Counted from the stretch's first letter, positions 21,114 to 31,830 are shown. The stretch is DNA of 64,000 bases from Candidatus Levyibacteriota bacterium (GCA_963716145.1 OY970292.1:140104-204103), one strand, 5' to 3'. Made by a program: numbers and translations. The notes: a model not told the origin generated them from the letters alone.

Positions 21114-21815
21114 TTATTCTACTTTTATTTTTATTTCTTTTTCAGTTTTGTTGCCTGCTTCATCCGTCGCTGTAATCTTCAGGCTATTATCACCATCTTT
21201 TAAGGTGTAGATGTAATAAAAGTCTCCGCTGTCATTAATAATTGTCCAAAAACCATTTATAGTAACTTTTACACCCGGATCTGATTTGCCAGTGATTTTT
21301 ATCGGACTTTCATCTTTATGAAACTTTTGATCATTTTGCGGAAAATTTATTTCCAAAGTAGGTTCTTTGCCGATGTATTTTATATTTAAAGAATTAGAAT
21401 AAGTACTTTTTTTAACAACTGATGGTTCAAGCCTGGCTTTTATTTCATTATTTCCTTTGTTCAGAAAGATATCATAGAAACTAAATTCTCCTTCATCATC
21501 CGTAGTTGCATCATCTAAAATTTTTCCGTTTACGTATAATACAACTAATGTTTTTTTAGAAGTTGAAGATCCAGTAATCGAGACAATGTCCTTATTAGTA
21601 GCGCTCGGTAGGGGATTTAGTACTGGTGGGGCAATATAATCAACGCTTTGGATGTCTACCGTTGATGCGTCATCGCCCTTTAAGTTGTTAAGTACCACGC
21701 CAAAGCCTACCAGTAACTGCGTTCCAAAAATTGCCATAGCTGCAATAATAGCAATTATTATAATTAGTGTTCTGATATTTCGTTTTTTTATATTTTCGTT
21801 AAGCCTCGATTTCAT
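21114..21815 (-). CDS. Membrane-anchored surface protein with two bacterial Ig-like domains
   Basis: N-terminal TM anchor followed by two beta-rich repeats (ITGSSTSKKTLVVLYVNGK...; ITGKSDPGVKVTINGF...KITATDEAGN), consistent with a Big_3-like fold. Confidence 0.5.
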   Translation of the reverse strand: MKSRLNENIKKRNIRTLIIIIAIIAAMAIFGTQLLVGFGVVLNNLKGDDASTVDIQSVDYIAPPVLNPLPSATNKDIVSITGSSTSKKTLVVLYVNGKILDDATTDDEGEFSFYDIFLNKGNNEIKARLEPSVVKKSTYSNSLNIKYIGKEPTLEINFPQNDQKFHKDESPIKITGKSDPGVKVTINGFWTIINDSGDFYYIYTLKDGDNSLKITATDEAGNKTEKEIKIKVE

Positions 21816-21845
21816 ATCATTGCCTAAATTGATCTTGCCTAAGTG

Positions 21846-21918
21846 AGCCGATGGTGGGATTTGAACCCACGACTTACTCTTTACGAAAGAGTTACTCTAC
21901 CAACTGAGTTACATCGGC
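21846..21918 (-). tRNA. tRNA-Thr (anticodon CGU)
   Basis: Minus-strand sequence GCCGATGTAACTCAGTTGGTAGAGTAACTCTTTCGTAAAGAGTAAGTCGTGGGTTCAAATCCCACCATCGGCT. All four stems pair perfectly and the anticodon loop is UUCGUAA. CCA is not encoded. Confidence 0.9.
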
Positions 21919-21986
21919 AAATTGGTCGTCAGTCGTAGGTCTTTAGTCATCAGACATATTTTAGATAATTTTTCGCGAGTTGGCAA

Positions 21987-22403
21987 CTAGTTTGATCTGC
22001 GGCGGTGACGTTGAGCTATATGCTGCTGAAGTAGCGAAAGTCTCAATTCAGCTTCAATTCTGATTATTTCATCTGGGCTTAGTTCTGCTTTTTTCTTTGA
22101 TAGCAATTCTTCAGCCCTCTTCTGAGCTGCTGTTGCTTTTTCCATATCAATATCTTTTGCATGCTCAGCATAGTCAGATAGTATGGTCACTATATCTTTT
22201 GTAACCTCTAGAAAGCCACCGGAAATAGCAATTATACTTTCTTTTCCTTTTGCTTTTATAATTATTTCACCAGCTGTAAGTTTTGTAACAATATTAATAT
22301 GATGGGGCAGTACACCCATTTGTCCCTTTTCTGTTGGTGCGAGTACTTCATCTATCTCTTCACTGAGAACTTTGTTTTCTGGGGTAATTATTTCAAGAAA
22401 CAT
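21987..22403 (-). CDS. atpC: F1 ATP synthase epsilon subunit
   Basis: 138 aa with the beta-sandwich N-terminus (LEIITPENKVLSEEIDEVLAPTEKGQMGVLPHH) and a helical C-terminus. Confidence 0.9.
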   Translation of the reverse strand: MFLEIITPENKVLSEEIDEVLAPTEKGQMGVLPHHINIVTKLTAGEIIIKAKGKESIIAISGGFLEVTKDIVTILSDYAEHAKDIDMEKATAAQKRAEELLSKKKAELSPDEIIRIEAELRLSLLQQHIAQRHRRRSN

Positions 22404-22455
22404 ACTTATAACTTATAACTTATAACTTATAACTTATAACTTATAACTTATAACA
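22404..22455. repeat. (ACTTATA)x7 heptanucleotide tandem repeat directly abutting the atpC start codon
   Basis: acttataacttataac... fills the region immediately upstream of the atpC start on the minus strand (in the atpD-atpC spacer). It is followed by gttgttatcagtt, whose reverse complement aactgataacaa recurs at 52562-52573. Confidence 0.9.
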
Positions 22456-22480
22456 GTTGTTATCAGTTATTCGTCATGAG

Positions 22481-24749
<2,269 letters not shown>

Positions 24750-24877
24750 ATGTTTTTAATGTTATTATTTCTTTTTAAGAGCTTATTTTAATTCCACCTT
24801 TATTTCCGCCCCTGTCTCGCTGCGCTCGCAGGCCACCCCTGTCAAGCAGGCGGTCTCGGCTTCTAGCCTCCGACCCT

Positions 24878-26404
24878 TTACTTCGAAAAGTCCGTCCCTT
24901 TTTTGAAATCTTCAACCATTTTTTTCAAAGCAGAGAGGGTTTCCTCACTAATTTTATCCCCGGTATTTAAAGTGTCAACCAGTTTTTTGGCGTGAGTCTG
25001 TGCATATTCGTGAAGTTCTTTTTCAAAACGCCCAACTTCTTCAACCGGAACATCGTCCAAATAACCGTTTGTTACAGACCAAATACTAGTTATCTCCAAT
25101 GCTTCTGGAAGAGGAGAGTATTGAGGCTGTTTGAGAATTTCAATGCTGCGTTTTCCGCGTTCAAGCTGCTGCATTGTTGCTTGATCAAGTTCTGATCCGA
25201 ATTGAGCAAAAGCCGCAAGTGAATTGTACTGAGCAAGCTCTAGTCTTAGTTTGCCGGCAATTGATTTTATCGCTTTGGTTTGTGCCGCTCCTCCTACACG
25301 GGATACAGAACTTCCCGGGTTGATCGCCGGGCGGACGCCTATGTTGAAAAGATCTGATTGAAGGTATATTTGTCCATCTGTTATTGAGATAACATTGGTC
25401 GGAATATATGCTGAAATATCACTAGCTTGCGTCTCAATGATCGGAAGAGCTGTTATAGACCCGCCGCCGTTTTCTTTGTTGAGTCTGACTGCTCTTTCCA
25501 AAAGTCTACTGTGAAGATAAAAAATATCTCCCGGATAGGCTTCACGCCCTGCCGGCCTTTGAAGAACTAGTGAAATCTGTCTATACGCCCAAGCGTGCTT
25601 TGTCAGGTCATCATAAACAATCAATACATCTTCCCCTTTTTCCATAAAGTATTCACCGATTGCAGATGCCGCATAGGGAGCCAGGTATTGGAGAGATGCC
25701 GGGTCCGCAGCTCCCGCTGAGACTACAATAGTGTAATCAAAAGCGTTTTCCTGCTTTAGTCTGTCAATAACTTGTGAAATTGAACTTTGCTTCTGACCAA
25801 TAGCAACATAAATACAAATTACCTGTTTTTTGCCTTTAGCAGTTTGGCGTTGATTAATGATAGTATCAATCGCAATTGCTGTTTTGCCTAGGCCACGGTC
25901 ACCAATGATCAGCTCCCTCTGTCCCAAGCCGATCGGAATCATCGCGTCAATGGCTTTAATTCCTGTCTTAAGCGGTGTGTCTACCGGCTGGCGGGCTGTC
26001 ACACCCGCTGCAATTCTCTCCAGCGGCATTTTTTTGCCTTTTTTGAGGATAGGTTTTCCATCAAGCGGGTTGCCAATCGGGTCAACAACGCGTCCCAAAA
26101 GAGCCTCGTGGGCGTCAATGCTTAATAGTTCATTGGTTCTTTTAATCGTGTCGCCTTCTTTTATATCTCCTTTTGCATCAAGCAAAATAATTGAGACAAT
26201 ATCCTGTGTCAAGTTAAAAACCACTCCGCGTGAGGATTTACCAACTGTTACCATCTCGCCCATGGTGACTTTTGAAAGTCCAGAGGCCGTTATCACGCCG
26301 TCTGAGTTTCTTATTACTTCACCAACGTGTTCTGTTTTGCTATTTTGAGAAATTTTCCCCAAGCGCTGTTCCAGTTGTTTGATTATATCGTTTGAATCAA
26401 TCAT
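24878..26404 (-). CDS. atpA: F1 ATP synthase alpha subunit
   Basis: 508 aa with Walker A GDRGLGKT and conserved alpha-subunit blocks. Confidence 0.97.
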   Translation of the reverse strand: MIDSNDIIKQLEQRLGKISQNSKTEHVGEVIRNSDGVITASGLSKVTMGEMVTVGKSSRGVVFNLTQDIVSIILLDAKGDIKEGDTIKRTNELLSIDAHEALLGRVVDPIGNPLDGKPILKKGKKMPLERIAAGVTARQPVDTPLKTGIKAIDAMIPIGLGQRELIIGDRGLGKTAIAIDTIINQRQTAKGKKQVICIYVAIGQKQSSISQVIDRLKQENAFDYTIVVSAGAADPASLQYLAPYAASAIGEYFMEKGEDVLIVYDDLTKHAWAYRQISLVLQRPAGREAYPGDIFYLHSRLLERAVRLNKENGGGSITALPIIETQASDISAYIPTNVISITDGQIYLQSDLFNIGVRPAINPGSSVSRVGGAAQTKAIKSIAGKLRLELAQYNSLAAFAQFGSELDQATMQQLERGKRSIEILKQPQYSPLPEALEITSIWSVTNGYLDDVPVEEVGRFEKELHEYAQTHAKKLVDTLNTGDKISEETLSALKKMVEDFKKGTDFSK

Positions 26405-26750
26405 AGTTTTCTATATTTTCAACAATCGTATCCAGGCTGTTTCTCAGATTCATCTCAAAAATATCGTCATTGTGAGTTATTCTTGTCCCTACAAGAAGAG
26501 ACGGACTGCTTTGATCAATTATTTTTTTATCGGGAAATATATTTTTTAACTCCTTGATCATATCATTTTGTATTCCAAAAGGGCTTTCAACATAAACATT
26601 TCTAAACTTTTCCGCATTTTTAAGTGACTGTATATATTGTTTTAATTCCGATCTGTCGAGCCTATCCGCTATTTGGCTGACAATTTTATTGTCCAGCAAA
26701 CCATTTTTGTAAGATATTAAAACCAATTGCTTTAGTAATTTTTTATTCAT
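26397..26750 (-). CDS. atpH: F1 ATP synthase delta (OSCP) subunit, shortened to 117 aa versus the usual ~180
   Basis: It sits between atpF and atpA. The C-terminal half resembles the OSCP C-terminal domain (SPSLLVGTRITHNDDIFEMNLRNSL). The N-terminal alpha-binding domain appears absent. Confidence 0.55.
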   Translation of the reverse strand: MNKKLLKQLVLISYKNGLLDNKIVSQIADRLDRSELKQYIQSLKNAEKFRNVYVESPFGIQNDMIKELKNIFPDKKIIDQSSPSLLVGTRITHNDDIFEMNLRNSLDTIVENIENYD

Positions 26751-26751
26751 A

Positions 26752-27256
26752 TTAATCTGCTTTCTTCAATTTTTTAAGCGCCTGCTTCATAATAACTTCC
26801 TGCTCTTTTTGTCCAAAAAGTCCCGAAATTGATTTTTCCAGAAATGCGACAGCAAGCTTACCGATATTTACTTCAAGTCTTTTCTCGGCAATTCCTGTTT
26901 CATATTTGATTTGATCTCTTGCTTCCAAAAGCATTTGATCAACTTTTTTTCTTGTGTCTTCCTCCGATTTTTTCAGCATTTCATCGCTTTGAGTTTTGGC
27001 TTCGTCAATCAACTTTTTTGCCTTCTCCTGGGCGTCCCGCAATATCTTTTTCTTCTTTTTGAACTGTTTCTTCCAAAAGTCTTGCCGATTCTTCAGCCTG
27101 CTTAAGTCCCTTTGTGATTATATCTCTCCGTTCTTTTAGAAGTTTGAGTACCGGCTTGTACAAAAACTTTTTTAATAGCAAATAGATAATAACAAAATTT
27201 ACTATCTGTGCGACAAAAAGTATAGGCTCAAAACCAAAATTATTTAATATTTCCAT
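26752..27256 (-). CDS. atpF: Fo ATP synthase b subunit, interrupted by a +1/-1 frameshift in an A/T homopolymer region (two ORF pieces, 27005-27256 and 26752-27042)
   Basis: The N-terminal piece has a TM helix plus LLKKFLYKPVLKLLKERRD. The C-terminal piece continues the coiled coil (LRDAQEKAKKLIDEAK...). The two frames meet at caaaaagaagaaaaagat (27041-27060 on the plus strand, which reads atctttttcttcttttt). Confidence 0.8.
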
Positions 27257-27310
27257 ATAAATATAGAGTCATGAATCAAGAATCATGAAATCCATAATTC
27301 CTAATTCATA

Positions 27311-27330
27311 GGTTTGAGTTTACTCAAACC
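27311..27330 (-). promoter_or_regulatory. Perfect 8-bp stem-loop between atpE and atpF
   Basis: ggtttgag-ttta-ctcaaacc, with no U-tract. It is a candidate mRNA-stabilising or translational-coupling element for the high-stoichiometry c subunit. Confidence 0.3.
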
Positions 27331-27354
27331 CTCATGAATAATCAATGCCAGTAC

Positions 27355-27561
27355 TTATTTTGTAAACGCAAGAATTAGTGAGTAAATAGCAATAGCCTCA
27401 GCAAAAGCCAATGATAAAAGCATTGGTGGAAGAATTTTTCCGGCTGCATCAGGATTGCGTCCTATTGCCTCCATTGCTTTTCCTCCGATCCAAAGGATCG
27501 CAAGCGCTGGGAATATACCTCCAAAAACGATAATTGCTCCTCCAGTTAATGTAAATGTCAT
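27355..27561 (-). CDS. atpE: Fo ATP synthase c subunit
   Basis: 68-aa hairpin proteolipid with the conserved carboxylate helix (LAFAEAIAIYSLILAF). Confidence 0.9.
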   Translation of the reverse strand: MTFTLTGGAIIVFGGIFPALAILWIGGKAMEAIGRNPDAAGKILPPMLLSLAFAEAIAIYSLILAFTK

Positions 27562-28430
27562 GTATGACTCACCTCCTCATGTGCCCCGCTATGATGTGGC
27601 GTTGTTAGCACGCTCATAAAAACGAGTGTCAAAACGGAAAAAACAAGAGCTTGAACAATGCTCACAATTGATTCAAGAAGAAGAAACGGGAGAGGGGCAA
27701 CGAAAGCAATAAGGTTTGAAATCGTGTGAAGCGCTATTTCCCCGGCAAAAATATTCCCAAAAAGTCTGAAGGAAAGTGAGATTACTTTTGTAACTTCAGC
27801 AACCAGTTCCAAAAGGCCGACATATAAATTTATAGGATTGAATGAAAAATATCGAGTAATATAATCTGTGAATCCGGTAATTTGGATGCTCAACATATGT
27901 GTCGCGATTACAGAAATCAGAGCTAGTGCCAAAGTGACATTTATATCACTTGTCGCGCCTCTGAGAAGCGGAACGAAAGGAGCTTCGTGATTTTCTGCTT
28001 TTTGTTCGTGAGATGCAGTTTTTTCGGACTTAGTACCAGGCTTTGCGCTCTCATGCACCGGCTCAGATGCGTAGGATTTGCTAAGCACTTGTGAATGCGC
28101 TGCTCCTTCTTGGAAGAATCCGATTGTGCCAACTCCGGGAAGAAGTCCTGTGAAATTTGCAACAAATATAAAAAGAAAAAAAGTCATAATGTATGGAAAA
28201 ATTTTCTCAGTCGCGATTTTACTCGTGGCAATTGATTCAGTGAGCGAATGCATTCCGTCAATCACCGGCTCAATTATTCCCTGTATACCGCTAGGGATTT
28301 TGGTCATATGTTTTGAAACATACAGCGCCATGCCAATCAGCAGGCCGTCAACCACAAGGGTGTGTAAAAAAGTGTTTGTTATTGGTAATGGTCCTAATTG
28401 GGTAATTAGCTCAGGAGCGAAACTCGCCAT
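27558..28430 (-). CDS. atpB: Fo ATP synthase a subunit with a ~50-aa hydrophilic His/Lys/Glu-rich insertion
   Basis: 290 aa with the conserved C-terminal helices (the R-containing LSFRLFGNIFAGE). The insert SQVLSKSYASEPVHESAKPGTKSEKTASHEQKAENHEAP lies between TM helices. Confidence 0.85.
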   Translation of the reverse strand: MASFAPELITQLGPLPITNTFLHTLVVDGLLIGMALYVSKHMTKIPSGIQGIIEPVIDGMHSLTESIATSKIATEKIFPYIMTFFLFIFVANFTGLLPGVGTIGFFQEGAAHSQVLSKSYASEPVHESAKPGTKSEKTASHEQKAENHEAPFVPLLRGATSDINVTLALALISVIATHMLSIQITGFTDYITRYFSFNPINLYVGLLELVAEVTKVISLSFRLFGNIFAGEIALHTISNLIAFVAPLPFLLLESIVSIVQALVFSVLTLVFMSVLTTPHHSGAHEEVSHT

Positions 28431-28483
28431 AATCTTATTGTTTACATTTTAAATGTAAGCCCAAAATAAGTCAAGGAGAAAAG

Positions 28484-31400
28484 TTAACTAATTTGGGTTT
28501 TGGCGTCGTAGATGCTGTCCGCAATTATGACCGGCCTATCTTCTTTGCTGTCAAGCTTTCCTTCAACCACAATTACATTATCATTAAAAAGCAGGTGTTT
28601 GTATAATTCAAAAACTTTTGGAAATATAACAGTCTCAACAGTTATTCCTTTTTCATCCCCCAATGTAAGAAAGGCCATCTCACTGTTTGATTTTTTGGTA
28701 AAAATTCTTTTGGTGTTTTCGACAATTCCCCCTATCTTCACGCGTTCCCCTTCTTTCTCCTCACCTAGTGAATCAATATCCCTGGAGACAACCAATCTCA
28801 GTCGTGACAAAAGTTCAAGGTGTGGATGAGCGGAGAGATAAAAACCTAAGAATTCTTTTTCAAATTTTAGTTTCTCCTCAGTCGTGAAGTCATCCACCTC
28901 AGAACTCGCAATATTGTCCGCGGCATTTAAGTCTTCCTCAGACTCATCGCCAAAAAGGGATTTTTGTCCATCGCTAGCTTGTTTCTTTATTTTATTTGCT
29001 TTATTAGTATTCTCAGAAAGACCGATCAAAAGCGCAGCTCTTTTCCCAAATTGATCCATGGCGCCTGCTTTAATCAGGCTTTCCATGGTTTTTTTGTTTA
29101 CCGTTGAAAGATTGACCCTAAGACAAAAATCGGCAAAACTTGTAAATGGTTTTTCAGCTCGTGCAGTAAAAATACTCTCAATTGCAGCACCCCCCACATT
29201 TTTAATTGCAGATAAGCCAAAACGGATTTTTGTATTATCTTCGATTGTAAAATCCTGCCCTGATTCGTTTATATCAGGAGGAAGAACAGTTATTCCAAGT
29301 CTTTTGCATTCAAGCACAGCTTGGGCAATTTTTTCATTTTTGATTGGTCCTGTTCCCGATCTTGATTCAGCTGTCATCAGGGCGGTCATGAATTCAACAG
29401 GATAGTTGGCTTTAAGATATGCAGTTCTGAAAGCGATCATCGCATAACATGCTGCATGTGCCTTATTGAATCCATAGCCTGCAAAAGGAGCGATTGTCAC
29501 AAAGAATTCTTCGGCCTTTTTGGCAGTTAAGCCATTGGCGACACAGCCTTTGACAAATAATTCCTGCTGCTTTTTCATCTCTGCCGGAATTTTTTTACCC
29601 ATCGCTTTTCGGAATTTATCTACCTCAAGCCATGAATAACCGGCTAGCGCCATAACGGTGAGCAAAACATCATCCTGGTAAGTTAAAATTCCGTATGACT
29701 GAACCAGAATATCTTTAAGTCGCGGATCCGGATAGGTGATGAGTGAGGGATTGTGTTTGCGTTTGATAAACTCAGGAATAACACTCATAGGACCAGGCCG
29801 ATACAAGGCGACCATAGCCTGTAAATCAAAAATAGATGTGGGCTTCAGTTCTTTAATGTATCTTCTCATTCCGGGAGATTCAAGCTGAAAGATGCCGGTT
29901 GTTTCTCCAAGGGAAAGTAGTTCATAAGTTTTTTTATCGGTAAGATCAACTTTGGTGAGGTCAATTTCTTTATCCTGATTCTGTTTAATGAATTTTATTG
30001 TCTCCTCAATGATAGTTAAATTACGAAGCCCTAAAAAATCCATTTTTAAAAGCCCTACCCCGTCTTCACCAACTGTGTACATATCATATTGAGTGACTAC
30101 TTTATCGCCATTTGTTTCCCGCTGGAGTGGAACATATTCTGTGAGTTCGCGGTCTGCTATCACAACTCCAGCGGCATGAACTGAAGCGTGGCGGGAGACG
30201 CCTTCGAGTTTTTTGGATAGATCTAAGAGTTTTTTCGTTTCCGGCTCACTATCATATGCTCTTTTCAGATCAGGACTTTGCGTTAAGGCGCTATCCAAAG
30301 TCATCGCGTGTCCCTGCCAGCCGGGAGGAATCATTTTGGAAATCCGATCAGGTCCGGCATAAGGCATACCAAGCGCACGTCCGACATCACGGACTGATCC
30401 ACTTGCCTCCATGGTTCCAAAGGTTATAATTTGGGCCACTTTTTCCCTTCCATATTTTTCCGTAACATAGGCAATAACTTCGTCCCGCCTCGTGTCCGCA
30501 AAATCAAGATCAATATCAGGTGCCGATGGTCTATCAGGATTTAAAAAACGTTCAAATGGCAACTTAAAGAAAAAAGGATCTACATCGGTTATTCTCAGAG
30601 CATACGAAACCACAGATCCTGCTGCCGATCCCCGTCCCGGGCCAACCATAATTCCCTTATCCTTCGCCCAATGAACAAAGTCGGATACCACCAAGAAATA
30701 AGTTTCATATTTTTTACCGGTTATAATTGATAATTCATAGTCCACTCGTTCTCTTATTTCAGGAGTTATTTTCTCGTAGCGGGTTTTCAATCCCTCATCA
30801 ACCAGATTTCGTAAATATTCAGCAGTAGTTACATCTTCAGGAACCTCAAAAATAGGCATGATCCATTTTCCAAGTTTTATTTCTAGATTACATCTCTCCG
30901 CAATTTTAACTGAGTTTTCCAAAGCCTCTGGAATATCTTCGAATAACTTTTCCATTTCTTTGGCAGACTTGATATAAAAATCAGGGCTACCAATCATTGA
31001 GAGTTTTCTATTTTGATCATTAATTGTGTTTTGAGTCTGTACGCAAAGCAGGATTTCCTGCGCCTCAGCATCTTCTTTGCGGGTATAGTGATTGTCATTG
31101 GTTGCGACAACGGGAAGCCCCAGTTTTCTTGAAAGCTCAAGAAGTTTCTTATTTACCTTTTCCTGCGGAGGCACATTGAGATGTCTTTGGATTTCAAGAT
31201 AGAAATGATCCTTTCCAAAAATTTCAGAAAGCCTGTTAGCTCTCTCCTCAGCCAACGCGTCTTCATTTTTCATAATTGGTTCAGATACATATCCATTGAC
31301 GCAAGCGCTGAGACATATAATTCCCTCATGATATTTTTGGAGTAAATCAAGATCGGTTCGGGGTTTGTAATAAAAACCTTCAAGGTTTGATACAGTTACA

Positions 31401-31714
31401 ATTTTCATCAAGTTTTTGTATCCGGTATCGTTTTCCGCCAGAAGAATCAAATGATTGTAGTCTTTATCATGCTCGGCCGTTTTGTCGGCAAGCGATCTTT
31501 TGGCAACATATATTTCGCATCCTATGATTGGCTTGATTCCGGCTTCAATACAGGATTTATAGAACTTAATCGTTCCATACATATTTCCATGATCGGTTAT
31601 CGCAATTGATTTCATGTCCTGCTCCTTTGCATAATCAACCATATTTTGGATTTTGGAAAGCCCGTCCAGAAGTGAGTATTCGGTGTGGTTGTGAAGATGA
31701 ACGAAATCTGCCAT
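28484..31714 (-). CDS. dnaE: DNA polymerase III alpha subunit
   Basis: 1076 aa with an N-terminal PHP domain (HLHNHTEYSLLDG...ITDHGNMYG), a polymerase core and a C-terminal OB fold. Confidence 0.95.
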   Translation of the reverse strand: MADFVHLHNHTEYSLLDGLSKIQNMVDYAKEQDMKSIAITDHGNMYGTIKFYKSCIEAGIKPIIGCEIYVAKRSLADKTAEHDKDYNHLILLAENDTGYKNLMKIVTVSNLEGFYYKPRTDLDLLQKYHEGIICLSACVNGYVSEPIMKNEDALAEERANRLSEIFGKDHFYLEIQRHLNVPPQEKVNKKLLELSRKLGLPVVATNDNHYTRKEDAEAQEILLCVQTQNTINDQNRKLSMIGSPDFYIKSAKEMEKLFEDIPEALENSVKIAERCNLEIKLGKWIMPIFEVPEDVTTAEYLRNLVDEGLKTRYEKITPEIRERVDYELSIITGKKYETYFLVVSDFVHWAKDKGIMVGPGRGSAAGSVVSYALRITDVDPFFFKLPFERFLNPDRPSAPDIDLDFADTRRDEVIAYVTEKYGREKVAQIITFGTMEASGSVRDVGRALGMPYAGPDRISKMIPPGWQGHAMTLDSALTQSPDLKRAYDSEPETKKLLDLSKKLEGVSRHASVHAAGVVIADRELTEYVPLQRETNGDKVVTQYDMYTVGEDGVGLLKMDFLGLRNLTIIEETIKFIKQNQDKEIDLTKVDLTDKKTYELLSLGETTGIFQLESPGMRRYIKELKPTSIFDLQAMVALYRPGPMSVIPEFIKRKHNPSLITYPDPRLKDILVQSYGILTYQDDVLLTVMALAGYSWLEVDKFRKAMGKKIPAEMKKQQELFVKGCVANGLTAKKAEEFFVTIAPFAGYGFNKAHAACYAMIAFRTAYLKANYPVEFMTALMTAESRSGTGPIKNEKIAQAVLECKRLGITVLPPDINESGQDFTIEDNTKIRFGLSAIKNVGGAAIESIFTARAEKPFTSFADFCLRVNLSTVNKKTMESLIKAGAMDQFGKRAALLIGLSENTNKANKIKKQASDGQKSLFGDESEEDLNAADNIASSEVDDFTTEEKLKFEKEFLGFYLSAHPHLELLSRLRLVVSRDIDSLGEEKEGERVKIGGIVENTKRIFTKKSNSEMAFLTLGDEKGITVETVIFPKVFELYKHLLFNDNVIVVEGKLDSKEDRPVIIADSIYDAKTQIS

Positions 31715-31830
31715 AAGTTTATTATAGCAAAATTTTCAATTTGAAATTTACAATTTTCAATCAAATCACAATGTTTTAATTTCTAAACATTTAGTCATTG
31801 AAAATTCAATGAAAATTGAAAACTGAAAAT
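31715..31830. repeat. AT-rich ~115-bp intergenic repeat element, copy A (MITE-like; AATTTTCAAT...ATTGAAAATT modules)
   Basis: aaaattttcaatttgaaatttacaattttcaatcaaatcacaatg...attgaaaattcaatgaaaattgaaaactgaaaatt. The first 43 nt match copy C with 1 mismatch. It is ~80% identical to copy B over its whole length. Confidence 0.75.

Noticed and set aside
22404-22455. Possible CRISPR array suggested by regular repeats
   Set aside because: The unit is only 7 bp with no spacers; it is a simple heptamer microsatellite, not a CRISPR.
24780-24900. Treating the GC-rich atpA-atpG insert as a definite vector or contaminant
   Set aside because: It cannot be decided from sequence alone. It is kept as a finding with a coverage check instead.
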